Virus record (IMG/VR): IMGVR_UViG_3300042401_001747
Reading direction: 5' to 3' (one strand)
DNA from: a virus
Length of the DNA stretch: 64,000 nt
Shown: positions 46,763 through 56,700 of the stretch, in pieces
Layout of the letters: every line of letters starts with the position of its first letter
Position numbering within the stretch: position 1 is the stretch's first letter
The notes under the pieces: generated by a model
Told to the model about the DNA's origin: nothing
Seen by the model: only the letters and a program-made list of their open reading frames with translations
Databases searched by the model: none
Made by a program: the position numbers and the translations under genes

Positions 46763-47309
46763 AATCGAGTACGTTGAACCATCCCTGCTTTCTGTTCCTG
46801 AATGGAAAGCCACCTATACCCTGCGTCCAGAGATGCTTGTCATTTCTGCCTCTTTGTCTCAGTTTGGTTTTATTCAGCCGATACACGTCAGGCTTGCCAC
46901 TGGGGAGATAATCGACGGCTCAGAAAGATATCTACTGGCAACGAATATTCCACAAATTCTTGCCATGAGTGAGGGGAAAATACCAGTCGTCTATCACGAC
47001 GTCGACAAAATGGATGCCATGATGATGCATCTTCGACTCAACAGGGGGCACTCCCATGTGCTCGCCCCCAAGACATCCGACATCATTAGAACACTAAGAC
47101 GCTCTGGCAAATACGGCATTTCAGATTTTGAAGACATGCTTTGCATGCGTTCAGAAGAACTCTCTTTAATGCTTGACGGAAGTCTCTATAAAGTGAGAAA
47201 AATCAAAGAGCATAATTACGCCAGGGCATGGATTCCAATCGAGGCTCCGCCTGGCTCACTAGAGTCATCTACGGTCTCTATTGAAAGACCCCCAAATCCT
47301 GACAGATAA
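46752..47309 (+). CDS. ParB-like protein (IbrB-like)
   Basis: SL..FGFIQPI...EIIDGSER...LNRGH; overlaps the PAPS-reductase gene. Confidence 0.75.
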   Translation: MNIKIEYVEPSLLSVPEWKATYTLRPEMLVISASLSQFGFIQPIHVRLATGEIIDGSERYLLATNIPQILAMSEGKIPVVYHDVDKMDAMMMHLRLNRGHSHVLAPKTSDIIRTLRRSGKYGISDFEDMLCMRSEELSLMLDGSLYKVRKIKEHNYARAWIPIEAPPGSLESSTVSIERPPNPDR

Positions 47310-47353
47310 ATATTTCTGGTATATTTGTAAAAAGACTTTTAGTAAGGAACATT

Positions 47354-48160
47354 ATGCCAGGAGTACGTTACGGCCCAGACATATCCGACGATGCGGCCTA
47401 CTTTGTTGACAAAGTCAAGGAAATTCAAGCCAAAATTCGCGCAGGGGGTAAGCCAAACGCGACGGAACGAACAACACTAGCAAACGCCGCAAGTTTGGCT
47501 AAAAACGTTTTTGGCGTCAGCGAAAAAGATTTTAATAAAGGCAAGCTTGGCGATATGGCGGATATGGCGCGATATGGTGGCTCCAAGCCTCTAAGCCGTC
47601 GAGCAAAAGACTCACGAACGGGCACAGAAATGACCAAGTCTGTGGCAGAAGAATTGCTGGATAGGTCTACTGGTAAGAATAGTCGTGGCAGTAGAACAAA
47701 GCCCGCAGAAGGCACCTACTACGCAGGACGTACTCGTTCGAAGAGATTCCGTGAACTTGAAGCAAGAGCCACCAAACGTTTAAACAGGAACGGGCTGGAT
47801 GTAGGTAAAAGGTCTGTAAAGAGAGGGGGGACTAATCCAAAAAATTTCAAAGACAGAGTAGACGGATTCCAGTTCGCCAAAACGAGAGGCAACTCTTCTG
47901 ACATAATGAACCGAGTGCGAGGAGGCGATGGTCCTAGCAGAATACAGTTAGGAAAACCGCGTAAAGACGGTACTCGTTCTGCCGCAGGTTTTGGAATTCG
48001 GCCACCCTTAGCCAAGTCTCAGCAACAAAAAACAAGAAGAGCCAAGGCTGCAACAACGCCCAAAGCACCTAAATCTGCAAGCTCGGTACGCGCCGCTGGA
48101 AAAAACACCAAAAGAAAAGCAGCAGTCAAAAAAGGCGGAAAGACTGGAAAGAAAAAGTAA
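47354..48160 (+). CDS. Highly basic Arg/Lys-rich protein (possible DNA-condensing or core protein)
   Basis: 268 aa dominated by R/K/G/A, with a histone-like tail; AAGGA RBS. Confidence 0.65.
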   Translation: MPGVRYGPDISDDAAYFVDKVKEIQAKIRAGGKPNATERTTLANAASLAKNVFGVSEKDFNKGKLGDMADMARYGGSKPLSRRAKDSRTGTEMTKSVAEELLDRSTGKNSRGSRTKPAEGTYYAGRTRSKRFRELEARATKRLNRNGLDVGKRSVKRGGTNPKNFKDRVDGFQFAKTRGNSSDIMNRVRGGDGPSRIQLGKPRKDGTRSAAGFGIRPPLAKSQQQKTRRAKAATTPKAPKSASSVRAAGKNTKRKAAVKKGGKTGKKK

Positions 48161-48172
48161 AATTACAACCTT

Positions 48173-48610
48173 TTAAACGGCTGTAATTTCATCCTCTTCG
48201 TCCCCTAGGACTTCCTCTTCATCCATTAGTCTCCAGCTGTGCCATCCAAGTCCGGCATCCGGTTCAGCGTCCTCTAGGAAATCTTCGTAGTAATAATCGT
48301 CTTCTTGGCCAAAGTCTTTTTCTATTAAGAAGTTCTTCACGGATTCTGTTGGTTCAAATGTCGCCAAATACTTTCCCGTAGAACTTTCTACTCCAACAAC
48401 CCTTAGTCCGCATATAGCCATAAGGGTGGACGCGACCAGCCACATATAATCGCCTAGCTCTACTTTTTTGTCGTCGTCTTCTATTTCGGGTTCATGCTCG
48501 GTGTAGTAGTAAAATAATCCCTGATGAAGCCTGTCTATAATATTTACAGTTGCGGCTCTTCTTGCGTCTTGGTCCGCAAACAAAGTGCCTTTAATTTCTT
48601 GCTCTGACAT
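48173..48610 (-). CDS. Acidic hypothetical protein, paralog of 48623..48925
   Basis: IIDRLHQGLF...VASTLMAICGLRVVG...YLATFEP. Confidence 0.7.
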   Translation of the reverse strand: MSEQEIKGTLFADQDARRAATVNIIDRLHQGLFYYYTEHEPEIEDDDKKVELGDYMWLVASTLMAICGLRVVGVESSTGKYLATFEPTESVKNFLIEKDFGQEDDYYYEDFLEDAEPDAGLGWHSWRLMDEEEVLGDEEDEITAV

Positions 48611-48622
48611 ATTTATCCTTCT

Positions 48623-48925
48623 TTATTGAATATTGTTTTTAATAGCAAAGTCACTAAAAGACTTATAGGGCTTGAATCGTGCAACATAATCGCCTTCGAT
48701 ATTTTCCCCAATAATGTTCATTCCTGCAACTGCCATGACTACGGTGGCCATTTCAAAGGACTGATTTGCTAAATCGTCAATTTCATCAGGCGACTCAATT
48801 CCGCCCTCGGGCATAAATAATGCAAACAACGCTTGAGTGACCCTATCTAAAACGCTCATATTGGCTTCAGATATCTCTTTGTTGTCGAATTCAACAGTTG
48901 GATTAAATTTTGATGAATCACTCAT
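48623..48925 (-). CDS. Hypothetical protein, paralog of 48173..48610
   Basis: VLDRVTQALF...MATVVMAVAGMNIIG...YVARFKP. Confidence 0.7.
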   Translation of the reverse strand: MSDSSKFNPTVEFDNKEISEANMSVLDRVTQALFALFMPEGGIESPDEIDDLANQSFEMATVVMAVAGMNIIGENIEGDYVARFKPYKSFSDFAIKNNIQ

Positions 48926-49043
48926 CTCCGTAATCTACACCGGAATCACCCAGCGGGCAACCCCAGTGTTCGGCTAGGTCATTGCTAGGTGTTAGAATTT
49001 GATACAACATTTATTTGCAACATCGCTTTAACCGGGAGCCGCC

Positions 49044-49688
49044 ATGATTGTCTCAGTCAACGACATTAAGACATATATGGACATCAAATTGTCCGCTCGC
49101 CAAGAAGACGCTGCAGAAATGATTCTGGCTGGCCTTCAAAGTGAAATGGAAACTTTCCTTAAGCGTCCAATAGAGGTTCAGGAATTTACCGAAGAAATAC
49201 GCCTTGACTCCAATCACACGGGAGTCCCAATGGGTTCGTTTTTGACATCAAACGACAATACGTATAACTCTTCGTACACTTCAAGTCCAAGCAACGATAC
49301 AACAACATGGGCAAGTCCTCCCCCAACCGTCTATCTGAAAAATACTCCGATAGTTTCGGTTGACGAAGTTAAAGTAAAACCACTTTTCGGAACAGAAAAA
49401 GTTCTTCAAGAAGAAGTCGATTACATCACTAGAAAATATGGAATTGATTACTACTACGGATGGTCCGACGATTTGGTGACAATAACTTATACCGCTGGTC
49501 TAGACGGAGCATCAATACCCATCTTCAAGATTCTTATTATTAGAGCGGCTGCACGTGAAATGCAAAACATGTACGACGACGTTGTTGGCGTAAAAGACTT
49601 AAATACACGCGGTACTGGGCCACTTATGACCGGTTTTCTTGATACCGAACTAGGTTCGATTAGGAAATATAGACGAGTTCGGGTATAA
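49044..49688 (+). CDS. Head-tail adaptor (gp6/gp15-like)
   Basis: VSVNDIKTYM...ETFLKRP...TPIVSV...VTITYTAG...L..YRR; first gene of the neck/tail block. Confidence 0.75.
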   Translation: MIVSVNDIKTYMDIKLSARQEDAAEMILAGLQSEMETFLKRPIEVQEFTEEIRLDSNHTGVPMGSFLTSNDNTYNSSYTSSPSNDTTTWASPPPTVYLKNTPIVSVDEVKVKPLFGTEKVLQEEVDYITRKYGIDYYYGWSDDLVTITYTAGLDGASIPIFKILIIRAAAREMQNMYDDVVGVKDLNTRGTGPLMTGFLDTELGSIRKYRRVRV

Positions 49689-49692
49689 CAGC

Positions 49693-50193
49693 GTGGCTAG
49701 AAGAAACGTTTTAATAACAGTCACGGACGTTGACTGGCAGGGGAAAGATGCTGTAGACAGACTGCAAAACATGAAAGACAGGGCTAACGATATGGGTCCA
49801 GTTTTGCGATGGGGAAAAGACTATTTACAAAGAGCTTATTCAAAAAACTTTACAACGATGGGTGCGATGTCTGCAAAGGCGATGTTAAAGGGGGCGTGGC
49901 CTCCTCTTGACGATGACTATGCGTTTCAAAAAGCTGAACGTTATCCCGGCGCTCCAATGATGATGATTACTGGAGAGCTTTTTAGAAGCGTTGCCAATAT
50001 GGCTTCTAGTCCCAAAAACGTGATTACGGAGATGGAGGGGACTTTTGTTATCGACAGCCCTATAGCCAGATTTCATCAGTACGGGACGCGAGACATGCCA
50101 GCAAGAAAAATATTGTTTATTCCTCGAGATTTTGACAGAGATATAAATAAAAAAACACTCCAGTACATCATTGAAGGAAGCAAATTAATATGA
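49693..50193 (+). CDS. Neck / virion morphogenesis protein
   Basis: W.PL...TGELFRS...ARFHQYGTRDMPARKIL motif. Confidence 0.75.
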   Translation: MARRNVLITVTDVDWQGKDAVDRLQNMKDRANDMGPVLRWGKDYLQRAYSKNFTTMGAMSAKAMLKGAWPPLDDDYAFQKAERYPGAPMMMITGELFRSVANMASSPKNVITEMEGTFVIDSPIARFHQYGTRDMPARKILFIPRDFDRDINKKTLQYIIEGSKLI

Positions 50194-50798
50194 CGGCTTT
50201 AATGAATGGTTCTCATTTTGCAAAAAAATATGTCAATGATTACTTGACACAGGACCTCCCAATAAGATTGATTCGCTATAGAAACGGCTGGAATCTAGAC
50301 AGCACCCTACTCCCTGACCCTGGTCAGTACATAGCCTACGAACCGCTAGCCATAGACGAGTGGCCTTCAATCATCACCGTAACGACCTCAATGAATGGAT
50401 TGGAGCGCATAGGCTTCGATGGGTCAGACCCCCTCTATAGGGTCTCCTACAGCATGAGGACGTACATCTGGGTCCGTGACGAAGGCAACGAACCAACGAC
50501 GGTCATGAGAGACAGATTGACCACTGTGGTGAGAAGTGCGCTTCTTGACTACCCCTGCCTAAAGGCCTATGACTCTAGAACTTCGTTTAGGGCGGTAATA
50601 GGCGAAAACAGCATTCGTGAAGAATATTCAGACATCACTCTACTAAAAGGCGAGAGAATGATGGCTGGTGCCTACATCTCCTACGTCCTCGAAATAGACG
50701 AAGTTGTCACAAGAGAGCCTATTGGAGTTGTGGAATCAATAGAAATAGAAACAGTTACCGCAGGGACCAATGAAGAAATGCCGTCACTTGATAATTAG
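50190..50798 (+). CDS. Tail completion/terminator-like protein
   Basis: Position between neck and sheath; WPSI motif. Confidence 0.55.
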   Translation: MTALMNGSHFAKKYVNDYLTQDLPIRLIRYRNGWNLDSTLLPDPGQYIAYEPLAIDEWPSIITVTTSMNGLERIGFDGSDPLYRVSYSMRTYIWVRDEGNEPTTVMRDRLTTVVRSALLDYPCLKAYDSRTSFRAVIGENSIREEYSDITLLKGERMMAGAYISYVLEIDEVVTREPIGVVESIEIETVTAGTNEEMPSLDN

Positions 50799-50824
50799 TT
50801 TTTATATTTTTAAAGTTCAATTCA

Positions 50825-50860
50825 TAGTTGCACAGAATAATACGTACCCCTCTGTACAAT
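50825..50860 (+). promoter_or_regulatory. Candidate late promoter (TAGTTGCAC-N21-TACAAT)
   Basis: Motif copy upstream of the tail sheath gene. Confidence 0.65.
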
Positions 50861-50909
50861 TGAAATCACAATCACAAACGGGATTCCCAATGCGAAACAG
50901 TGAGGTCCT

Positions 50910-52364
50910 ATGCCTGGCGTAGTTATATCAACTTCAGTAAGAACCGGTCCTTCGACCACAACAGTACGCGAGTCGTCACAGTTGTTTGTCGTAGGCCTGA
51001 CAGAGAGAGGCCCTTCAGACGAGCCTGTACTCATCCAAAACCTGGGAGAGTTCGAGGACGTGTTTGGAGGCTACCTAGCCGGTACCTACACTCACTCAAC
51101 CCTAGAAACATTTTTTGAAGAAGGTGGTACACGGGCTTACGTTGCAAGAGCCGTTGGAGCATCTGCGACAGTGGGAAGCCTTACGCTTTACGACAGTGCA
51201 GAACCCGTTATCACTCTTACCGCAAACGGAGCGGGCCCATGGAGCGCAGATGTTGAAATCGTAGTCACTCAGCCTACGGTAACTACGTTTAAAATTGACA
51301 TCTGGTACGACGGAGCACAAAAGTACTCAACAGGAACAGTGTCTACGTCATCCCAGGCAGCGGGAAGAATAAATCTCAGCGCAATAGCCCAAAGATACGT
51401 AAACGCAACAGTAAACAGCACGACCCTCATCCCGGACGCTGTTGGTTTAACCCCTCTCACTACGGGGGTATCAAACAATAACCTAGTTAACCAATCTGCC
51501 TATGAATCAAAATTGGGGCTCTTTAATGACGCTCTTGGTTCTGGTGCAGTAGTTTGTCCAGAAAATTCCAGCGACGCAATGTCGGCTGCTTTAATTACGC
51601 ATGCAAATACATACAGCAGAATTGCTCTTTTGTTCGCTGGAGAAAACGACTCTGTTGCTACGGTCAAAACAACAGCACTTACGCTCCAAGCTGAAGACGG
51701 TGCAGAACACGCAGCCCTGTACTACCCATGGGTAGAGGTTCCAACTAGTGTTCCAGGAGTTACTCGATTTATTCCACCAGTGGGATATGTTGCCGGCAAG
51801 CGGGCGGTTGCTCACAACCAAACTGGCCCACACCTTCCTGCAGCTGGTCTCATTTCTGCAGCTGGATTCGTGGTTGGCTTAAGTGCTGACATCAACAAAT
51901 CAGTTGGTGACGACTTGGATGCCAATAACGTAAACCCAATCAGAATCATTCAAAACACAATAAGAATATACGGTGCACGTTCACTGTCGTCTGACATTGA
52001 CAACTTCCGCTACATCACCCAGCAGGACGTTGTAAATACAATCGTTACAGAGTGTTACCGTTCTATTGAAGATGTTGTATTCAGTTCCATCGACGGCAGA
52101 AATACTATTTTTGCTAACATTGAGTCGCGATTAATATCAATTTTGTCGGTCATGCGTGGCATTGGGGCTCTTTACCCAGCTTTTGATGCCAATGGCCGCC
52201 AACTTGATAACGGTTATGTTGTGAAGTGCGATTCTTCGCTTAACCCAACATTGCAGTTGTCTGAAGGATTGGTCAAAGCGAAAGTTGGCGTTCGCGTCAG
52301 CAGCGTCGGTGACAGAATCGAAATCGATATTGTCAAGTCAAACCTAACCTCAACAGTGGTTTAA
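50910..52364 (+). CDS. Contractile tail sheath protein
   Basis: MPGVVI, GLTERGP, FFEEGG.RAYVAR, ALYYPWV, PP.G.VAG, VNPIR, IYGARSLS. Confidence 0.92.
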   Translation: MPGVVISTSVRTGPSTTTVRESSQLFVVGLTERGPSDEPVLIQNLGEFEDVFGGYLAGTYTHSTLETFFEEGGTRAYVARAVGASATVGSLTLYDSAEPVITLTANGAGPWSADVEIVVTQPTVTTFKIDIWYDGAQKYSTGTVSTSSQAAGRINLSAIAQRYVNATVNSTTLIPDAVGLTPLTTGVSNNNLVNQSAYESKLGLFNDALGSGAVVCPENSSDAMSAALITHANTYSRIALLFAGENDSVATVKTTALTLQAEDGAEHAALYYPWVEVPTSVPGVTRFIPPVGYVAGKRAVAHNQTGPHLPAAGLISAAGFVVGLSADINKSVGDDLDANNVNPIRIIQNTIRIYGARSLSSDIDNFRYITQQDVVNTIVTECYRSIEDVVFSSIDGRNTIFANIESRLISILSVMRGIGALYPAFDANGRQLDNGYVVKCDSSLNPTLQLSEGLVKAKVGVRVSSVGDRIEIDIVKSNLTSTVV

Positions 52365-52380
52365 ACAGAGGAAGTTACCC

Positions 52381-52878
52381 ATGTCAAAAGTAGCGCAAAG
52401 ACAAGTACTGGCAACAATAGTTCCAAGCACTTTCAGCGATAATGCCAAACAGCAAACCAACGTGCAGGCCAACCTGCCGAAGTGGGAAGGATTCCGCTTT
52501 GCTCAGGTTTCAGGTGGCGAGATAACAGCATCCGTAGAGAAAATCTACGAAGGCGGAAAGTCTAGACCGACAGTCCTGTGTGCCCCTTCAGAAATAGGCG
52601 ACATCACGCTGACTGCTCATTACGATGACGATATGAATACCTCACTTACAAGTGCTGGTATTGGACGCAAAATCAAAGACTTGCGTCGATTTGTCGGAAC
52701 GGCCTACTTCAACCTTACAGTATCTGTTTACGACTGCGATATCAAGGACCCAACCAACGACCGCATTTACACAAATGCACTGCTTGTTGGAATGACCGAG
52801 CCAGAAGGTGACTCGTCATCTGGAGCTCCAGCCACGTTTGCATTAACGTTCGCAATCTCAGACGTAGACGCCGCTTAA
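52381..52878 (+). CDS. Tail tube protein
   Basis: Follows the sheath; FAQVSGGE...YEGG...DITLT...EPEGDSSS...ALTF. Confidence 0.8.
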   Translation: MSKVAQRQVLATIVPSTFSDNAKQQTNVQANLPKWEGFRFAQVSGGEITASVEKIYEGGKSRPTVLCAPSEIGDITLTAHYDDDMNTSLTSAGIGRKIKDLRRFVGTAYFNLTVSVYDCDIKDPTNDRIYTNALLVGMTEPEGDSSSGAPATFALTFAISDVDAA

Positions 52879-52884
52879 ATACGC

Positions 52885-52920
52885 TAGTTGCAACGCCGGG
52901 CAATATGTCTGTGCTAGCTT
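52885..52920 (+). promoter_or_regulatory. Candidate late promoter (TAGTTGCAA-N21-TAGCTT), leaderless start
   Basis: Motif copy; ATG 52927 lies 6 nt after the -10. Confidence 0.55.
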
Positions 52921-52926
52921 CTCAGC

Positions 52927-53478
52927 ATGAGCGATAATCCCCTGTACACGACCGAAGACTCCGACGACGTTAAGAGCAGCAAAAAGGCTGTTCAGCGCGA
53001 TGGACTTACTTCTTCTGTAAAAGAAGAGACACAACTTGACCGTTTGCGTTCTGTTGTAAGAAAGAAAGTTGAACGCCCTGTTGTTCATATTCCTGTCACA
53101 GAACGTGATGGCGTGAGCATTAAGGTCAGCCCAAACATTACTCAGTCACAGATGAAAAACTGGAGAAAATCTGCTGGCGAAGACTCACGAAATGGTCTTG
53201 ATGCCACCAAATTTGCCTGCCTGGTTATTGGTAATACGACCATAGGCATCTGTATGGACGATGAAGAAATCTATGACGAGAGTGGCAATAACCTAAACTT
53301 TGCTCACCCGTTGGTTTTGGAAATGACAGACACTACCCGTCCAGTTCCAGACGCCGTGCGTGCCATGTTTGGTGTTGACCCTCATATAGAATCAGCCGCT
53401 TTGGCAATCCTGGACGCCGCTGGATATTCAGATACTGTTGCCGCGGTGGACCCTACGAAGGAATCTTCGACGAACTAG
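52927..53478 (+). CDS. Tail assembly chaperone (G-like)
   Basis: Between tube and tape measure; ends VDPTKESSTN. Confidence 0.8.
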   Translation: MSDNPLYTTEDSDDVKSSKKAVQRDGLTSSVKEETQLDRLRSVVRKKVERPVVHIPVTERDGVSIKVSPNITQSQMKNWRKSAGEDSRNGLDATKFACLVIGNTTIGICMDDEEIYDESGNNLNFAHPLVLEMTDTTRPVPDAVRAMFGVDPHIESAALAILDAAGYSDTVAAVDPTKESSTN

Positions 53479-53642
53479 TTGAAGATTCCGTAGTCATCTC
53501 CGCAGCAAGACTCGGAGAACTTTTCCACGTTAATCCTTTGGAACTTATGAACTTTGACGATAATGACTGGTTGGTCCTTCTCGCCTGTGCTAAAGTAATA
53601 AGTAACGACCGCGAAGAGCAAGAGCGCAAGTCGAAGACTTAG
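53454..53642 (+). CDS. Frameshift extension of the tail assembly chaperone (GT-like, -1 frame)
   Basis: Open -1 frame YEGIFDELVEDSVVISAARLGELFHVNPLEL...RKSKT* with no upstream start codon; slip site GGACCCT followed by a hairpin. Confidence 0.75.
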   Translation, partial: YEGIFDELVEDSVVISAARLGELFHVNPLELMNFDDNDWLVLLACAKVISNDREEQERKSKT

Positions 53643-53709
53643 GGACACTGCTCCCATAGCTTGACCGCCTTAGACTCACGTGATGTAAAAATCACTTTGG
53701 GCAGGCTAT

Positions 53710-56700
53710 ATGGCAGACGAAAATATTAATGTAAAAATTAAATTTGATGCCCAAACTGGTGAAATTCGCCGTGCAATTGCGGAAATTGCAGTTTTACACA
53801 AAAGACTAGACAAGCTTTCTAGCGGCAGAACAGACAAATTTGCCAACAGTACAAACAAAAGCTTAAAAAGCGTCACTAATGGCTGGAAGAGAAGCTTTGA
53901 CTTTATAGATAAAGGCGCAAAGATGGCAGGCAAAGGCCTGACCAAGTTCCTGGGAATGTCCGTCAAGGGTGTTGTTGCTGAAATGGCAATACTTGGCGCA
54001 ACAATGATTGGTATTCACGCATTATTTGCTGCAGGACAATTTCTAGTTAAAGCCTACAGGGGTGCCATGCAGATGCTTTCGGCGGGCGCGGCGGGGGTGG
54101 TCGTTGCAATATCTGCAGCCTCAGCGGCAATACGAGAACAGCAAGCAGCAATATACGCCTATAGAGGCAAAGGTGCTCCAGCTTTTGGGTCAGCAATGAA
54201 TCAGACTCGCATGGCGATGAGAAACCTACAAGCCGACGCGGCTTTGTCCAGTCTCGGAATAGAAGCACTCAACAAGGCATATGGAAATATGTCGAAGTCA
54301 ATGAACACCGGACAAATAAACCAAAGCGGTGGAGCAATCAAAGCTTTGATGGACTTTGGTTCGGCAGGTCAAGACCCAGCTAAAGGGCTTGAGCAAGTAT
54401 CTATAGTTATAGCCGCACTTTCTGACAAAAAGAAAAACATCAGTGACGTCATAACTGAGGCAAAAAAACTAGGTCCAGAAATGGAATCCGCCTTAAAAAA
54501 GGCAAACGTCAAGACCAAGAAACAATTCCAAGAACTTCTGATGTCCGGAGACCTTGCTAAGAAGGGTGGAGTTTCTGGTCAGTTTGACGCAGTGAACAAT
54601 ACTTTGATTAGCCAAATGAAAGGGTACTTCACTCGTCTACGTGGTGAGTTCGCAGATTTTGGTGACCAGTTTCTTGAGCCGTTAAAAGTTGCATTCGCTC
54701 GCGTATTTGACAAAGTCAGAACTGACTTAATGCGTGTTTTTGCTGCAATTCAGTACAGCTTTGGTGCAGAGGAAGGCATAAATAACTTTGCAAGCGCTAT
54801 AGAAAAAGCATCTGGCTGGCTAGTAAAAATGATTCGCGAATACCTACCTGCCGCAATTGGCATGTTTGACAGAATCGGTGATTGGTATACCAAATTCAAA
54901 CGTGGTTGGAATCTTGTTCTAGATGCAACACGTCCGCTCATCGACGGAGCAAAGGTTCTGTATAAGGCCTTGGACCCGGTATGGGATTCCATCAAGGGGG
55001 GCGCTCAAAACCTTACGCTTTTCAAGGACCTCCTGGAAGAAAATAGTTTTTTTGTTGAAGAGTTCGGTCAACGCATAGCAGACATCATCGACACCCTTTC
55101 CGAATACTTTATGGGTCTCAAGAAAAACTTTGCCCAGATGGCTCCATTTATAAACGACCTTTTGGCGGGTCTTAATCAGGTGTTTAAAGTTCTTACCGGA
55201 ATCATGACTGTTGGAGCTGGAAGCGGTCTCGGAGCAGCTCTTGCTCCACTAATGGGTGCTGCTGTTTTGGGAAGAGGATTGGCCGGAGTCAAGGGCCGCT
55301 TAATGCCCAAGTCTGGAAATCACACTCAAAACATGAACGTAACCGCTACCAACGTAAGCATTAATAATGGTGCTGGTCCAAGGAATGCCGGGACAACAAA
55401 TGAAGGCCGCAGAGTTTCTTCGGGCAGTACCGCTTCTCCCATGGTTTATCCTGGTAGTAGCGCTTTAGGAAAAATTTCTGCACCTTCTGTTTATGGTCCG
55501 TCATCTCAATTAAGTGTTTTTAAAGCTAGCACCAATAAAGAAGCATTTGCCGCTATGCGAGACACTCCAAACCGGAGATTTATTCAAAATATCCGAGACG
55601 GTAGCAAGGTACAGGTCCGTGGAAGCGACTTCGAGACAAGACACTCAGAAAGATTTGCGGAAAGACAAGCAATGGGACGAGGAGCTGGCTATGCGGCTTT
55701 TGGGCAGCCAAAGGACCCATATTCGTCGCCTACCATTATGGGTCGTGACGGAAAGCCTCAACCAAACCCTCAGTTTAATCTTGCAAAGTCTGCTCGTTTT
55801 CGTGCCGAACAATCTCTCAACGGTCGCTCCAGACGCGAATTGCATCAAATAGCAGCAGACAAGGGAGTCACTGGAATAACCAAGAAATCTACAAGAGAAG
55901 AAATCAATAGACAAATACTTGCAAAAAAGGGTTCAGTTGCAGAGTTTAAAAACGACCCTCGCCCTGTTGGGATAGGAACCGGGATTAGTAATGACGCTAA
56001 ACGTTTAAAAAGCTTTGCTAAAGGTGGGGCCAGCAGGGTTAAGTATGGTGGGGCGCGAGCATTGGGTGGCTACAGGGGCGCAATGTCTTTTTTACAATCT
56101 GGTGCATACGACCCTGAAACAGGAGAATACAAAAACACAAAAGAACAACGTGATGAAATAAACAAAAGATACGAAAAAGCCACCAGCGCCGATACAAATC
56201 GTAACCGTGGCAGCAGAATGTTCGCAAAATTAAATCGAGCTCGCGAAACCAATAGAATGCTGCGAAATGATAGCAAATTTGGAGCCGGCACAAAAAAGTT
56301 CAATAACAGTATGGGGGCAAGGGCTGGTGTAGGAATAGGACTTGGAATGGCAAGTCAATACGCTCCAGAAGAAATGCGTGGAGCCATGGCTCTTGGAGCA
56401 ACTGTTGGCACCATTAACCCAATGCTTGGACTCGGTGTTGCTGGAATAGGTGGAGCCATGAAGGCTCAGGGCGCAATGAAAGGTGCCCTGTCTGGTGCTG
56501 CTGGTGGAGCGGCTCTTGGCGGAATGTTGGGACCACATGGTGCGGCGATTGGTGCCGGAATAGGTCTACTTGTCGGCGGAATAATGGGAGCCGTAAATAA
56601 GGGTAAAGCTCAACTTGCTGCGGCTAAAGCGACAGTCATGGAAAGCCTCGGAGAGCTTTACATGGGAACCATGAAAAGCGCAAATGCAAAATTCCAGGAA

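Noticed and set aside
53657-53692. Additional copies of the TAGTTRCAM promoter (53657 TAGCTTGAC; also 39270, 61715, 1611)
   Set aside because: Motif mismatches, or no -10 hexamer at the fixed 30-nt offset.
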